Below, in pieces: positions 1 through 13,628 of a stretch of 64,000 nt of DNA (position 1 is the first letter of the stretch; each line of letters starts with the position of its first letter). Source of the DNA: Bugula neritina (lineage: Eukaryota; Animalia; Bryozoa); assembly GCA_964035545.1 (NCBI GenBank), contig OZ037768.1, positions 9,766,741-9,830,740 on the forward strand. Direction: 5' to 3'. The position numbers were made by a program, and so were the translations under genes. The notes under the pieces were generated by a model that was not told the origin of the DNA, did not search any database, and saw only the letters and a program-made list of their open reading frames with translations.

Positions 1-1620
1 ATGATATGCATAAAAACCAAAGGAAACTGACTGAGAAGCAACATTATTATAGTAGTATTAATATAATCACAACTACTATTAGTAATTTAGTAATAATAGT
101 AACACCATTCGTTACGTTCACTATAACTATTACCATTAGTATTAGGAAAATTTACAGTAATAGCATTAGCGAATTACAATAGAGTAAACATAGCATTAAT
201 ATTTAGACTATAGCCACAATGAGTAGACATCACATGTAATTCTAATTCAGTAATTCACCATGGACATCAGTAACTATTCAGTAACTAAGAGCTGGTCAAC
301 CTATAAGAGTAAGTTTATAATGAACAATTACTAATAGTAATTGTCAACTACTGATTGTTATTACAATTATTATTATATTGATTTAAGTTTAACCTCCAGG
401 ATTGGCCCGTCAGCTTTTTGGCGTTAGAATTGGTCATGGTGACTTTTACTTCGACTTTCAGTAATTGTGAAACTAAATATAATTAAAATATCAATGTGAA
501 TGTATAATACATTCACATTGGGCTTGGCATTCTAATTGTAATTACATTTACATTCTTATAGTTATTGTATTAATTATTAATATTTATAATTTTAAAGCGA
601 CTGATAGTAAAAACTCAAACTAGAAGTGAAATTAAAACTATTAGTAAATGGGATGAGTGAGGTAGAAAGACTAACAGCAACTCTAAGTTCCACTTGCTGT
701 CTAAGAGTAAGAGTAAGACCAGGAGGCAATAGCAACCAAAAGTCTAAAGACTAAAAGTAAAAGTAAGACTTTTTCTGTGACTAAGGGTAAGAGTAAGTGT
801 AACACTAACAGTAACACTAACTGTAATTGCAAGACTCACACCTCACACTCACTTTTCAGGCCAATAAAATTAATTTAATTTTAAAATCCAAATGATACAA
901 AGTTAAATAACAAATTTATTAGCAAAACTTGAAGTTATTAATAATTAATATTAATTATTGAAATAATTATTATAATTACAATAGAAACATTACTCATTAG
1001 CAATTGTAAGTGCAGCAATCATTATGATAAACTGGTGAAGTGATTATGATCATTATTATGATTATATTACAGTTATATTAATAGAAATTTAGTTATTTTC
1101 ATTTTATAGTTTTACTTTTAAGCTTACTACTAGTAATAGTAATACTAAGTCTAATACTAATAGTGATACTAAAAGTCAAACTTAAAGCCAATTCCAATGA
1201 CAACAAGTGAGCTTTAATGACAATCACAATTACAATACTTTGTCACAATCACGATGAGTATGACATATTCGATCTCATAGTCATAGTAAGCATCATGATC
1301 ACCATCACTATCAACTATGAGTATGACTATCAAATTCAATATTATACTTATAGCCATACTCACACTCATACTCACATAGTCACTATCAGTATCATAGTGA
1401 CGGATCATAGTCGTAGTGATATTGATAGTGAAACTGACTATAAATCACAATCACAATGTGGTAGTGGTATTCATACTCATACTCATAGTCATACTGATTG
1501 ATAGTGACATTGACTGTGGTATCATAATCATTATCATTACGAAAACAGTCAGCAGCACAAAAATATTTATTAATTACCATCATAGAAATAATGATATTAA
1601 TAAATAATATAACTATAATT
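1..1620. repeat. Degenerate hexamer-periodic tract left of the promoter core
   Basis: Units such as agtaag, actaac, actcat and atcact. The spurious ORFs here show alternating I/V/T or Y/H/D residues. Confidence 0.85.
394..437 (-). CDS. Possible first coding exon (MTNSNAKKLTGQSW) of a divergent gene running off the left edge
   Basis: An island of normal complexity inside the low-complexity tract, with an ATG at 437 in caccATG context and a donor GAG|gttaa at 393. Confidence 0.25.
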
Positions 1621-2090
1621 TGCGGTAACAGTGAATGTGGTCAACTTCAAGCCTCAATTTTACTGGGGTATCGAACGAGATCCACGCACTCAAATTCTTT
1701 AGCGAAGAAGACATTTTCAAGTGTCCAAAGCTGATCTATTGCCTGAAATCCAAACTAACTTTACCTTGTTTTAAAAATTTCAAACTAGAGTAGTGAAATA
1801 ATCAAGTCACCGAAATACTTGCAAATCTAAGGCTTTTACAGTCACATGACCCGCAATCTCGCCATTGGCCAACAAATCTCATGCTTGAACCGCCAACCTT
1901 TGATTGTCAATATTGACTATTCTGGGGAGAAATCGGCTAATAGTAATGCCTAATTTCGCTGATCACTTCGTGCTTATTTATGAATAATTCAATGTTTTTC
2001 TTTTATTCTGCGACTTTTTACAATTTTGTGTTGAATGCAATATAGTAATAGTCTGGCTTTGCTCAGTACAATATTTGTCTTTGATTATTC
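1620..2090. promoter_or_regulatory. Probable (bidirectional) promoter core of RACGAP1
   Basis: A relatively CpG-rich ordinary-complexity island between two hexamer tracts. It contains E-box GTCACATGAC at 1841, a reversed CCAAT (ATTGG) at ~1864 and a minus-strand donor-like site at 1764. Confidence 0.5.
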
Positions 2091-2099
2091 ACTTTCAGC

Positions 2100-3000
2100 A
2101 TTTTAATTTATAAATCAATCAAATTCAATGTAATAATATTAAAAATAAATATATTTATAATTTAAATTTTTGTTATTATTATTAAATTTAATATTATAAA
2201 TTAAAATTAAAATAAAATTATAAATATATGAAATAGAAAATATAATTAATAATTGAAATTAAATGATAAATTTATAATTTCACCTCAATCAATGAATTAT
2301 AATAATAACTTATAAAATAAGTAGTACTAGTACTAGTAGTAGTACTACTACTATTTATTTGTATTGTATTACTATTACTATTAGTATTAGTATTATTAGT
2401 ATAATTATAAGACTGAGTATCAGTATGAATATCTTTAAGTTTAAGTGGATAGCCATAGCGCCCATACTCATACTCATAGCGGGTCATAGGATTAGTCATA
2501 GTTAATACTAATAGTAATAGTATAAGTATAACTATAAGATTAAGTATGATATTAGCCTTAGAAGTTAGGAATTGGTGCATCTATAAAGTTGAAGTGTAAT
2601 CTTAATGATAATCATAATGTTTTTAGATTTGGTAACACTCATTCTGAATATAGCGGTAACACTAACTCAAACTGTAAGTGTTACACTTCAACTTTGTCTG
2701 TTAGTGTTAGCTACTACTACTAGTATTATAGTTATATTTTATATTATAATTAATGTTATACTTACAGTTTATAGTTGTACTTATAGTTATATATGTGGTT
2801 GTACTCACTTATACTTATAGTAGATGTAATAATCACTAAGAAATTAATTATTCATCCATACTATTAGTAATGGTAATATTCAGATTTAAACTGTTATGCT
2901 GATGTAAAATTGAATGTTAAATTTAATAAAAGTATTAGTATAACTGTGTCATTGTCTAGCATATTTCTATCACTACTACTGTTAGTAACATTACTCTTAG
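2100..3000. repeat. Degenerate hexamer tract in the RACGAP1 5' region
   Basis: agtact/agtatt/actcat/agttat runs interspersed with pure-AT blocks. Confidence 0.85.
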
Positions 3001-4097
3001 GAACTGGTTTTAACTCACATTGACCTTGGCTCGAGAACTTGCAATTCTTTGATTTAAGTCATCTTGCTAAAATCATTCACTTGGTTTACTACAAGTCTGC
3101 AACTTTTTCATTTTGATTTTGCAATTTTTCTATAAAACTTTAGTCTTAGTTCTACAGCATAAGCAATCAACTATAGTTCCCACAGTTTTAAAAGTTTTCA
3201 ATGCTTTTGCAGTTTAATGAAGTTTTAAGATTACAGTATTTATTTTTTAGTCCTAGTAATATTATTGATTGCATATTGATATAGCTAGAAGTGAATATTA
3301 CTTAACATTTGGTAAACCTGATGCAAACCGTTTTTTTTATCAAGTACTTGCAAATTGCTAAAAACCACTTTAAGTTAACGTTTAATCTTGGACTATGGGA
3401 CATGGACTTGGTGCTCTTTACAGTTCCAAGCTAAACCGGTTATTTTTATGTTGTCCATAATTTATCTCTTTGAATTATGGCAGCCTTATACTCCTACAAC
3501 TCTCTTTTGTCACTGGAAGTAGCCCTTAAAGATTAATGGCGTGGTCAAAAACTAAGCTTGTCTTATAATGAACTCATATATCAAAATTAAATATGTCAAG
3601 CAAAACTTCCTGACATTTTATTTTAATTATATTAGAATCACATGGAGAATATGTTTAATTTCAAGTTCATACTCTTTATATTTATTTTAACTCATCACTA
3701 GACCTTTTAAATTGATATATTGCAGTTGCTATTAGTGCTCATCTAACCCAATCTGTAGGTTGAGTTAAGAGCTACATTCTTTGACTATGAGACTAAAAAA
3801 ATGAAATGATGATTTCATACTTGAAATAACGCTAGTGTTGTGACATAATGAGCAAATATTTAATTGAATTTCATGATATTTGTGAAATAATATTATACTT
3901 TAAGTAATAAAAGACAAATAAATGTACATAGTACAAATATTGCTGTAAATGAAGTTTTATATATGGCTCTCTAAATTTCTAATGTTATAGGTTAAACCTC
4001 TTGTCAGCAAGTCATCTAAATACCAGTAAACAGTTTATGGTTTATATTGTCAATCTATTGTAATTGGTATTTGACTATTTAGGCTTCAATATCAGAG

Positions 4098-7000
4098 ATG
4101 GCTTCTAAAGAACTTTCTATACTTGCTCGGTATGATGATGCTAACAGACATTGCTTGTTCACCTTTCGAGAAGAAGGTAATGATAAATTATTTTAATTCA
4201 CATTTTCACTCGAAAAGTTTTAGTAACTTACTGTTCCAGCTATTTGTTCTATCCAATTGTTTGGAGTATTTGGCTTTCAATTATATTACGTTGCATTTTA
4301 GGAATGTCAAAATTTGCCATGGATGAAATTAGGAGAAGACAGATACTGCGTAAGAATAGCAAAGGAGCTATGAAGTTGCAAGAAGAACTAAAACAGGTAG
4401 GCGAGTTTTCTTTAGGTTGTGGCTGATACTGTGCGCTTTTTGTAATGGCCTGTATGTTGGACTACATGTGATGGTGTCAGCTTGGGATGACAGTTTTTAT
4501 TAGACTAAACGTTGTGTTTAATTGGTGAAAAACTTGAATTGACTGAACGATTCTATAGCACTGTATTTCAGTGTTTTAGGTTTGAATTGATATTTTAATG
4601 GTCAGTAAAGTTATAGAACAACTTATAATTGTGCTTGGTTGTTTTGTATTCACTGCAGGCTAACAATAATAGGAAGACCTTGGAATTTACTTTGGCTCAA
4701 GTAAGACTTGAGCTTGAGGAAGAGATGAAGGAAAGACAGAGATTACAGGTGGAAGTAGAGCAACTTGTAAGTGACTTTCTAACTGCAGTGTATATTAGAG
4801 TAGTTAGTTGTAGTGTAATTGTATTATTTTTATCATTATTTGACAGGCTAGACAACTGCAGCTTATCAAAGAACTAGTTGGAGATAAAAGCTATAACTTA
4901 CTCAGTGAAGATGATAGACGCAAATTGGCATTCCTCAACACTTCTCAAGCTTGCAGTGGGGGAAGTCCAAGGTTTGTTGTATTTATTTTGACTACAAATA
5001 AGTACTACATACAGAAAAATACAGCGTAATCAGCATTTTTTCCTTTTGCTTCTCTAGCATGATGGACACGGCGCTAATTGATGATTCATATTCCCTTCTG
5101 TCGGAATCTGAATATGACAAGACAGGAGATGACTTGCTAACGTCGCGTGTCAAGCGCCGAAGTAAGCGCAAATCTCACCAGAACCGAAGTGGCGAGCTCT
5201 CGGTGCCGAGGCATGTGCTCACTGATGCCACTCTGAAGAAGTATTCGAAACCACCGACGGCTCCTCCTCCGGAGAGTGAGGGGACCGGAGGAGATCTGAC
5301 TCCTCCAAAAAGAAGGCGGCTAGTCGGTGGCGAGACAGAGACTTCCGTAGATACCGAGGATAGCCTTAGGCCTGCTCCACAAACAGAGGTTAAATTGAGA
5401 CGATCAACTCGACGACATAATCGCAGCCTCTCAGCTGGTATGGTGGTTGCTATTCAGATGTGTAGAATTTATCACTTGATGCTTCAAGTTTGTTCATTCT
5501 GTGTTTAACCTGGTATATTGATCAAACTCTGCAGGACTACAAATCTCACCCTTCTATTTTTGAATTGTTGACATGAATGCTGTTCATCAGCAATAAGCTG
5601 CACTTGGTTTGCTGTAAATGCTCTGTCCTTGCTACCCTGTGCTAAACTACTCTTCAGTTACATTTGAATCTGCAGGAGCTGTGCTCTATGAAGAAGATTT
5701 GGACACAGACTCTTTCCAGAGCATCGAGCCGCGCCGTTGGACTCCTTCAATCAACCTTACCTCCGCACCTAAAGGTATCCTCAAGAAAGGGGGAGTAGAC
5801 TCACCAGCTTCACAATCACCACCCGAGTAAGTGTTGAAAATCTGCTTTGCTGAGATTGCACTGGCTGTAGGTGCTTAGGGGTTAACTTACTGATTCTGTG
5901 GTTTTAGATCACCCACACTGAAGCGCTGGGCTTCTGCCAGTAAACTTCAAAGACAGCATAATCTCTTTTTCAAGAATGTGATGAATTTAGAGGCTTGTAA
6001 ACCGTGTGGTAAAAAGATTAAGTTTAATACCAGAGCATACAAGTGTAAAGGTAAGACAATCAACACAACTTTCCCTTAAGCAAAGCCTTGTATCTCTTAT
6101 GGTAAACAGTTGTTTGCTGTGCTAACTTTGTAATCAAATATAGAACTGAAAGCACTTATAGGTGCGTTCTGTGATGTCACCAATGGTATTAATAGCGATC
6201 AACCACATTTCTGATGCATGGTGGATATTATGTTATGGGATGTGGTTATCTTCTTTTATTTGCTAATTGATTAACGAGAAATTACATATTTTCAGATTGT
6301 ATATTGTAATATTACACACATTGCTCGATTTCTTTTGGCAGATTGCAAAGAGGCGTGTCATGTTGAGTGTAAAGATCGCTTATCCCAGTTTTGCATACCT
6401 AAAGGTACTACTCCTTCCAAAGGGACACAGGGCAATATAATAAGCGACTTTGCCCCTTCTAACCCACCCTTCGTCCCTTCTATCATCTTACAGTGTGTTA
6501 ATCAGGTATTTGTATATTATTATTTATTTTGTCATGTCACAATTATTATATTGCATCGGGAAGATTTTGACTCTTCCAACAAGGTTTAAGTGATTTAAGC
6601 TCATATCTTGTATTTTAGGTGGAATCAAAAGGTTTCAGTGAAGAAGGAATTTATAGAAAATCTGGATCTGACAGGGAAGTGAAGGAATTGAAAGAAAGGT
6701 TTTTAAAAGGCAAAGAGCCAAAGCTGGTAGGCTGTTCTGTTTTATTCATTTAGAGGCTTGACTGTGAAAAATGTTTATGCGTTGGTAAGTTTGTATCTTA
6801 CTTGTTTTATGTCCTGTTTTGTTAAGAATCAAGTCCATGATATTCATGTGATCTGTGGCTGTCTAAAAGACTTCCTTCGTAACCTGAAGGAGCCGCTAAT
6901 TCCCACTTCACTCTGGGCCTCATTTGTCAACGCAGCTCAAACAGCTGACGAGTACCAAAGATTTCAGGCAGTCAGGGGCGCAGTTAAGCAGCTTCCTCCT

Positions 7001-8156
7001 GTGAATAGAGATAGTATAGCATTTCTCATTCTTCATCTGCAAAGGTCAGCTCTTATTTTAAAACCAGAGAAATTATTTGGTTCTTGAAAAAAATCTCAAC
7101 TGTCTAACACAACTGTCTTCTCAACCTTTCGTCTGAGATTTTATTTTATTAAATGTGTTGTCTGAATTTTCGGACTAAAATTACAATTTTCAGTAGCATG
7201 TCATTAGGTTATGTAGTTCTATAAACCACTGACTTGGTGTTTACTAAGCTGGCTCTAACCACTACACCATGGCTGCTCTTTAAATTATGTATTTTTATTA
7301 TATTCTCTAATTTTTGCAGAGTTTCTGAGAGGGCTGAAACCCGTATGGGTATTGACAATTTAGCAAAAGTGTTTGGTCCGACTATCGTTGGTTTCTCGGT
7401 CACTACACCTGAGCCAATGCAGATGATTCACGAGACAGGACCGCAGCAAAACGTCATGACAGCTTTGCTAGAGCACAACACGGACTACTGGACTGATATA
7501 CTTGGTGGTATTCACAGTGAGATTGGCTCTCTTGATTATGATATGGGTGGTGACCCACCAGCTGGCCGCTACAATCAAGGTAACCATCAGCCAATCAGAT
7601 TCATGTCATGCTGCTTGCCTATGGATTTTTGTCTGAAAGTCTTTTGCCATTGCTAAAATGTTTTACAGTTCAGCGCTCTTCATAGATTACATGCGTTTAT
7701 TGGTGCTAGTAAATTAGCACACTTAATTTGTAGAGAACGATAGTTTATATTAATACAACAGGTTATTGTTTTATGATTTCAAAGCCTAATTTGACATCTA
7801 TAGAATTTTTAAATTATTTTAATAGAGAACAGTATAAAATAAATGCATTTACTTTTTTCCTTTCATTGTAAATTATTTTTATTTCAGGATATGGTGTTGA
7901 GACTCCAGCTCCTAAATCTGCTGCTAAAGTGAAAAAGTTTTTTGGTGAATCACCCAGGTTTGTTTGATTCTGTTATCACTTTCAACTTTAGGAATTTTAC
8001 AATTTTATTGCATTTTTGGATTATTTTGTTTCACAAAAAACCAAGTATCTTTTCTACTAATAGACATTGTTAATTTCACATGTTTTCATGTGTTTGATTT
8101 GTAGAGTTGATACAGGCGTCAACAAAACCTTCTTCCCATCTCCAATGTTGAAGTAA
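4098..8156 (+). CDS. RACGAP1: Rac GTPase-activating protein 1 (MgcRacGAP/CYK-4, centralspindlin subunit); 13 coding exons: 4098-4176, 4302-4396, 4659-4766, 4847-4971, 5058-5437, 5676-5826, 5908-6050, 6342-6505, 6619-6726, 6827-7044, 7320-7579, 7888-7957, 8105-8156
   Basis: Phase-consistent GT-AG splicing. N-terminal coiled coil (RQLQLIKEL...LAFLN), C1 domain (H..CKPCGKKIKFNTRAYKCKDCKEACHVEC...C), RhoGAP domain with arginine finger (GIYRKSG, LKDFLRNLKEP, NLAKVFGPTIVG) and the characteristic C-terminus FFPSPMLK*. Confidence 0.95.
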
Positions 8157-8819
8157 TGTCCACACATCTCTACTATACATTTTAATGCAACTGAAACTTA
8201 CATAGCTTTAGTTTACTCCAACACTTACAGAATCATGTTTTAGTTGATCAGCTATTACCATAATCATTTCGAGTGTCCAGACATGCCTAAATATTTACCC
8301 GATTCAGTAGAATAGCAACTTTTCTAAGTTCGATAATGACTTTTATATTATTACTTATTGTATTTTCACTCATCAGAAGTAGCAGCAGTGTATCCGTTGA
8401 GTATTTATTTAAATTTGCAGATTTCTTATTTTCTGTAGTTTTAGTCCAAGCCACATGCATTCTTTCTTGTTTCAATATATATTTGTAAAATAAACTTCTG
8501 GAGAAACCTATTTTAATTTTAGGTCTCATTTCAGATTTATTTTTAGAATTCAATTAGTTAATGTGAATTTGTTTGATGGTATTGAAGTGTAATGACCAGC
8601 ACATCAAATTATAATTCCTTATAAAAAATGGTATAGCGGCCTAACAAATGATAAATGTTCAATGATCACCCAAGACTAAAACGTGTGTGTGCAAGTTCAA
8701 TTTTGCTATTGTTTAACTTTCTTGACGATTTTCGACTACTACCAATATATGTAATATGCTTCTAATGTTATTATAATTAAACCCATCTTAACAAAACAAA
8801 TGGTATGTGCCATGTCTTC

Positions 8820-9260
8820 GGAGTTGTTTTTTCTGTTAAACAATTGCAAGAAAGCGCGCATTTCTAAATATGAACTTTCACTCTTCGGTATTCCTATTTT
8901 CGTTAATGAACACACTGAGATTGTTTGTTAAAAGTTCTATTTCAATAGATGAACAAAATGGTTCTATAATCAGCTCCGAGTTGAAGGTGGCTGAAAACAC
9001 TAGTTAGCCGTTTTTAATTTTGGAGTTGGGGAATCTCCAACTACTGCACTCATTCACCCCCATGTCCGCGCTGCTTCAACCGATTTCCAACTCATTAACC
9101 GAAATAGTGTGCACATGTTCATGTTGTTCAACTGTGATTTCAAATTGTCAATTATGTTGGCTACTCAATTTTCAGGAACTTTACCCATGTTAATTCATAA
9201 TGATCTTCAACTTTTGAGCGATGTAATACGAATCAATATGTATTTGTTATTTCTAAGTCC
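8820..9260 (+). promoter_or_regulatory. Probable promoter core/5' UTR of the KNOP1-like gene
   Basis: CpG-containing island (GCGCGC at ~8854, CACATG at 9112) between the RACGAP1 3' end and the hexamer tract that precedes the KNOP1 ATG exon. Confidence 0.45.
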
Positions 9261-9264
9261 AATC

Positions 9265-9900
9265 TACCATCTATGATTATAAATATATTCATATTGATAT
9301 TGCAGCGGCCACAGCCATGAGGCTGAGCCATTGCCATGATGATGATGTGTTGATGATCGCATGATAATGATCACTTGACAATGATAATAATTAATATAAT
9401 TATTATTATATTCAATCTTCATATCATTGAATTTCATCATCATCATGATAATAATTGATATAATTATTAATATTTACTATAAATATAATATTAATAATAA
9501 TATTATTATTATTATTTAATATTTATATTCAATCTTCAAGTTCATCTTATTGAATTTCAATAATAATTATTCGTGAAATAGAATTACGGAATTAGAAATA
9601 TCAAACTTAGTAAATGTAATAGCCATAGGCACTAATAGTAATAGTTATAGTCTTTTACTTAAAACTATAAGTTATAAGTATAGTAATACTAATAATAATC
9701 GTATTATAGTAAGTATTACTAATAGACTATTGCTAATACTAATTGTTTATCTTCAATTGTTATACTTAACTTATACAATTATACTAGTACAAAACTAATA
9801 GTATTACTATTAGTAATAATAAAAGTAATACTGATATTAGTAATTATAATAGCCAGACTTATAATTATACTTATAGTTATAGTAAATGTGTTACAAACAC
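9265..9900. repeat. Degenerate hexamer tract in the KNOP1 5' region
   Basis: atgatg/ataatt/agtaat/actaat runs, with a local duplication of tattcaatcttca..ttgaatttca (~9408 and ~9526). Confidence 0.8.
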
Positions 9901-10051
9901 ATTTAGTTTGTGGATTAGAAGGATACTCATGCATTTATTTGGAATTTTATTGAGCATCTTATTTTTTTTCTTTTAGTATCTTCCAGGCAGCTGTATGATC
10001 ATTTTTTATGGCAACCTCTCAAGAAGTTCTGTAACTTGTAAAACTACTTAA

Positions 10052-13000
10052 ATGGAGGAATCTAAAGCAGGTTAGTTTGTTAAAAAGAAATTTAAGTGTG
10101 TTTCATATTCCAAAATGTTTTGCAATATTCTTTTTTGTAAAGTATTTATTGTTGTTTGTTGTTATTTAGAAAAAGTATCGAAGAGTAAGAAGAAGAACAA
10201 ACATAAGCACAAAGATAAAGATGTAATTGAAGGAGTTTCAGAAGTTGTGAATGTTGAACATGGTAAGCAAAATTTACTGCATAACCATCGCAAATAAATG
10301 GAACTAGGCAGTTTTTCTCATCAGTAATTTTTAATTAGAGCTGAGGTAATTTAGTTCATATAAATTTTAATAGAAATAGCGTTTACTGCAATGAATAGTT
10401 TAGTTGCTTCCCACAGGAATTTGTATCTAATTTTATTTGGAGTTCTTTCTGTGAGGAGAGCTATTTTGCTATGATTTGGAGTTCTTTTTTAAAATATATT
10501 TTTACTATGGTTTTTTAAATGTGCATAATTCTCAGTGTTGCTTATCTTCTTTTTTACGTTCATTCATGTTAGCAATAAATTGTCAAATTTTACGATTTCT
10601 AGAATGTTTGTTTTTAGATTTTGGCAAAAAGCACAAAAAGAAGAAAAGGCAAAGTGAAAATCCAGAGGAATTGGTTTTAGGTTGGTAAGCTGCATTCGGA
10701 TGGAAATATATTGTATATACTTAGCATAAACTGCAAATATTAATATAACTGTCTTGTCGTATTATAGAATATATATAATATCTGTCAGTTCTACATTTCT
10801 CTCTTGTCTTCATCGTCACATTTGTAAATTGATTTTAGATGATATGTCTTGTAATGTAGAATTTACTGAATATGGGAACTGTTTTAGAGGAGAGCCAGTT
10901 GAGTACAAAGAAGAAAGCGAAATTGAAAGACTTGGAAGATGGTAAGAGAAGTAATTGTGAAGGGCCTATCATCTTTTAGAATTAAATGTGAATTATATTC
11001 CGCGTAATGAGGACGTCAAAACATAAAAACAAAATGAAGTGAAACTTAAGATAATTTAGTATTATTTAGGTTTACCAAGTTACATTGTGTGTATCGGATA
11101 TTACCAAGTATATGACTTATAGACAAATATCTCTGCAAAAGTCCTGCTTATTAAAGTTTTCACTAATCATCGTATGCCCAGCAATCCTAGCTAGAACACT
11201 GGTAGTGAAGTCGTATACTCATGAAAATGTGTAGAGTATATTTGTTATTTCTAGGAGATGAAAATCTCCTTCAACCAAAGAAAGAAAAGAAAAATAAAAA
11301 GAGCAAGAAATTGAAACATGACTGTACTGGTAAGAAAGTTATCGATTGTACTGAAATTTGTTCTCACCTATCTCCGATTTGTCCTGGTCGGGTAGCGGGA
11401 TCGATTGTACTGAAATAACCTATTATAAAAGATTTGCTGATCGGGGAGTTGTCTTCTTATATTTATGTCTGTTAATGACATGCATTATTATACTTGTATT
11501 TTTACTGTATGTTTTGTAGATGTAGATGAAAATTTAGTCGAGCCAAAAGAGAGAAAACGTAAGAAAAAGAAGTTACAACATGAACATGAAGGTTAAGTAG
11601 TTATTTCGCTTATCACCTCAACAAAATATATGAAATAGTTTTCGATGTAAGTGCAAGGAGTTGTTTTTCTTTTTTCGTGCATCAGCTGAACAATAAAATT
11701 ACAAAATAAGTTTTTAAATGCATTTTTACCTAATATCAGTAAGCACTGCTCTAAAAGTTATTGTGTGAGTGTAACCCACTCTAGAGGTTCATGGGTATAG
11801 AATAGCATATGATATGAAATAAAATAGAACAGAGTTGAAATATAATTTGCACTTGTCATTCAGTTTGTGTTATAAAGTTTACTTATAAGTAAATTAATGT
11901 TTGCTAGAATTTGTATGGGGTGTCTAGTCTTGCTTGCTTTGTGAGACTTGATTAAAAGAAACTTTTAATAGTTTTCAGTCATCAGCAGAGTAAGATATTT
12001 TATTATTAACATTTAATTTAATTTGTCACGTGTGTATGTATTTATAGATGTAGATGAGAATCAAGTAGAGTTAGAAGAAATTCCTTTTAAGAAAAAGAAG
12101 TTGAAACGAGATAAATATGCAGGTTGCTTAATACTTGTATCTTTCATTTGTAAAACTAATAAACTTCAGTGTTCATTGTAATTATATATAGCAGTAATAC
12201 AACTACTTGACTGTATAAGTATTCCTATTGGCTGTCGTTAATTTTTATAGAAAACGAGTGTGAAGATGAATTTGATGCCGAGAGGACTGCCGATAGTGAA
12301 TCAAGTTAGTATATACCATAAGTTTTTACTGCTTTTTAATAATTTTAATAAGTATGGTTGGTTAGGAATGCGACATTCAGATGTATTCTTATGTAATTTA
12401 TACACTTTAATCACAACATTTTAAATTATCATGTCTAACGAAATTTGACTGTTTATCAAAATTAGCAAAAACACAGCAATAATACACTCAAGGTTGACAC
12501 TTTATAGCATAAGCATATCATAGCGCTAAGCTTATGTGCCAAGCTGATAACCTTATTATTATTATATATATGAGAAAATTGTTAGTTGTCGGTTAGTTAT
12601 ATCTTGACCAAGACTTTGCTCTCTTCGGAGTAGAGAAAATTTTGCATAAATTGAATAACTAATTCTTTTATAGAAGAAAGAAAAAAGAAGAAAAAGCGTT
12701 TAAAGAAAGCTGATGAAGTTCCTGTGACAGGAAATGATGATGAGACCAACACTAGTCAACCTGTAAATGTAGGTCAATGGAGCACAGCTGAATTGGGCGA
12801 TGCTCAAAGACAAAACAAGTTTTTCCAGCTTTTAGGAGGATTTAAGAAATCATCTGAAAATAACAGCACAGTGTTGTCTTCAGCTGCTAACTCAGCACTA
12901 AATAAAGCAAAGGAATCTGCTTTGAACACTCGACTGGAAAAGCAGTTTGAAAATGCTAGGCATACTCACTTAAATGCTAAAGGATTTGGTTTGGGTTTCT

Positions 13001-13062
13001 CTCAACCTAAAGCTAATTCAATTGATATATATTCTAGCAAATCTGTAAAGTTTGATGATTAG
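10052..13062 (+). CDS. KNOP1: Lysine-rich nucleolar protein 1 / small acidic protein (SMAP) domain protein, ~297 aa; exons 10052-10070, 10170-10262, 10618-10680, 10888-10941, 11255-11329, 11520-11591, 12048-12122, 12251-12304, 12674-13062
   Basis: K-rich short exons all splice in phase 1. The last exon encodes GQWSTAELGDAQRQNKFFQLLGGFKK...LEKQFENAR...GLGF...SKSVKFDD, which matches the SMAP-family C-terminus as recalled for KNOP1. Confidence 0.85.
11358..11399. mobile_element. 42-bp insertion flanked by a 17-bp direct repeat (probable heavily truncated non-LTR retro-insertion)
   Basis: ATCGATTGTACTGAAAT occurs at 11341-11357 and 11400-11416, flanking a GC-rich 42-mer. Confidence 0.6.
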
Positions 13063-13628
13063 TGGAACAATTCAAAATCAATATCTAAATCTGTACATGT
13101 AAACTAACTATTCAGTTATGGTTTTTTAAAATATTTTAAAATCGCATTTATAGAATAATTGGTTTGCAAATCAGTTTAATTATGACACCATGTAGTTTTT
13201 ATAGAGTGTTATTGTTCAAAATGCATGCTAAGTAGTACAAAACACACTAAAACTAATTTATAGTAATAAATCTTAATGATGTATACCATAGCCTAATAAT
13301 AATCACACCAAAATAATATTGTGGGTGATTGGAGTAAGCTAACTTTGCTAACAACAAGCCAGCATGCTATATTCTAGAATCTAGCTAATATAACAATTAT
13401 TAGTTTGATGGAGACTTGTTTACTAAAATATAATATAAGGTTGAATAGATCATATTTATAGCAAAGGTCAAGCTTCATTAATTAATGATCTGGCTGGCTA
13501 GATAATTAATTATCTTATTCTCCAGCAAGGTTGATTGTGGCATTCGTGGTGCTGTCCAATAATAATTAGTAAGCATCACAGTAATTTTGGCAATATCTAT
13601 TTTATTATCAGCTTGGTTTCATAAATCA

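Noticed and set aside
1214-2820. Several I/V/T- or Y/H/D-rich ORFs on both strands
   Set aside because: These are translation by-products of the hexamer tracts, with no splice-consistent or domain evidence.
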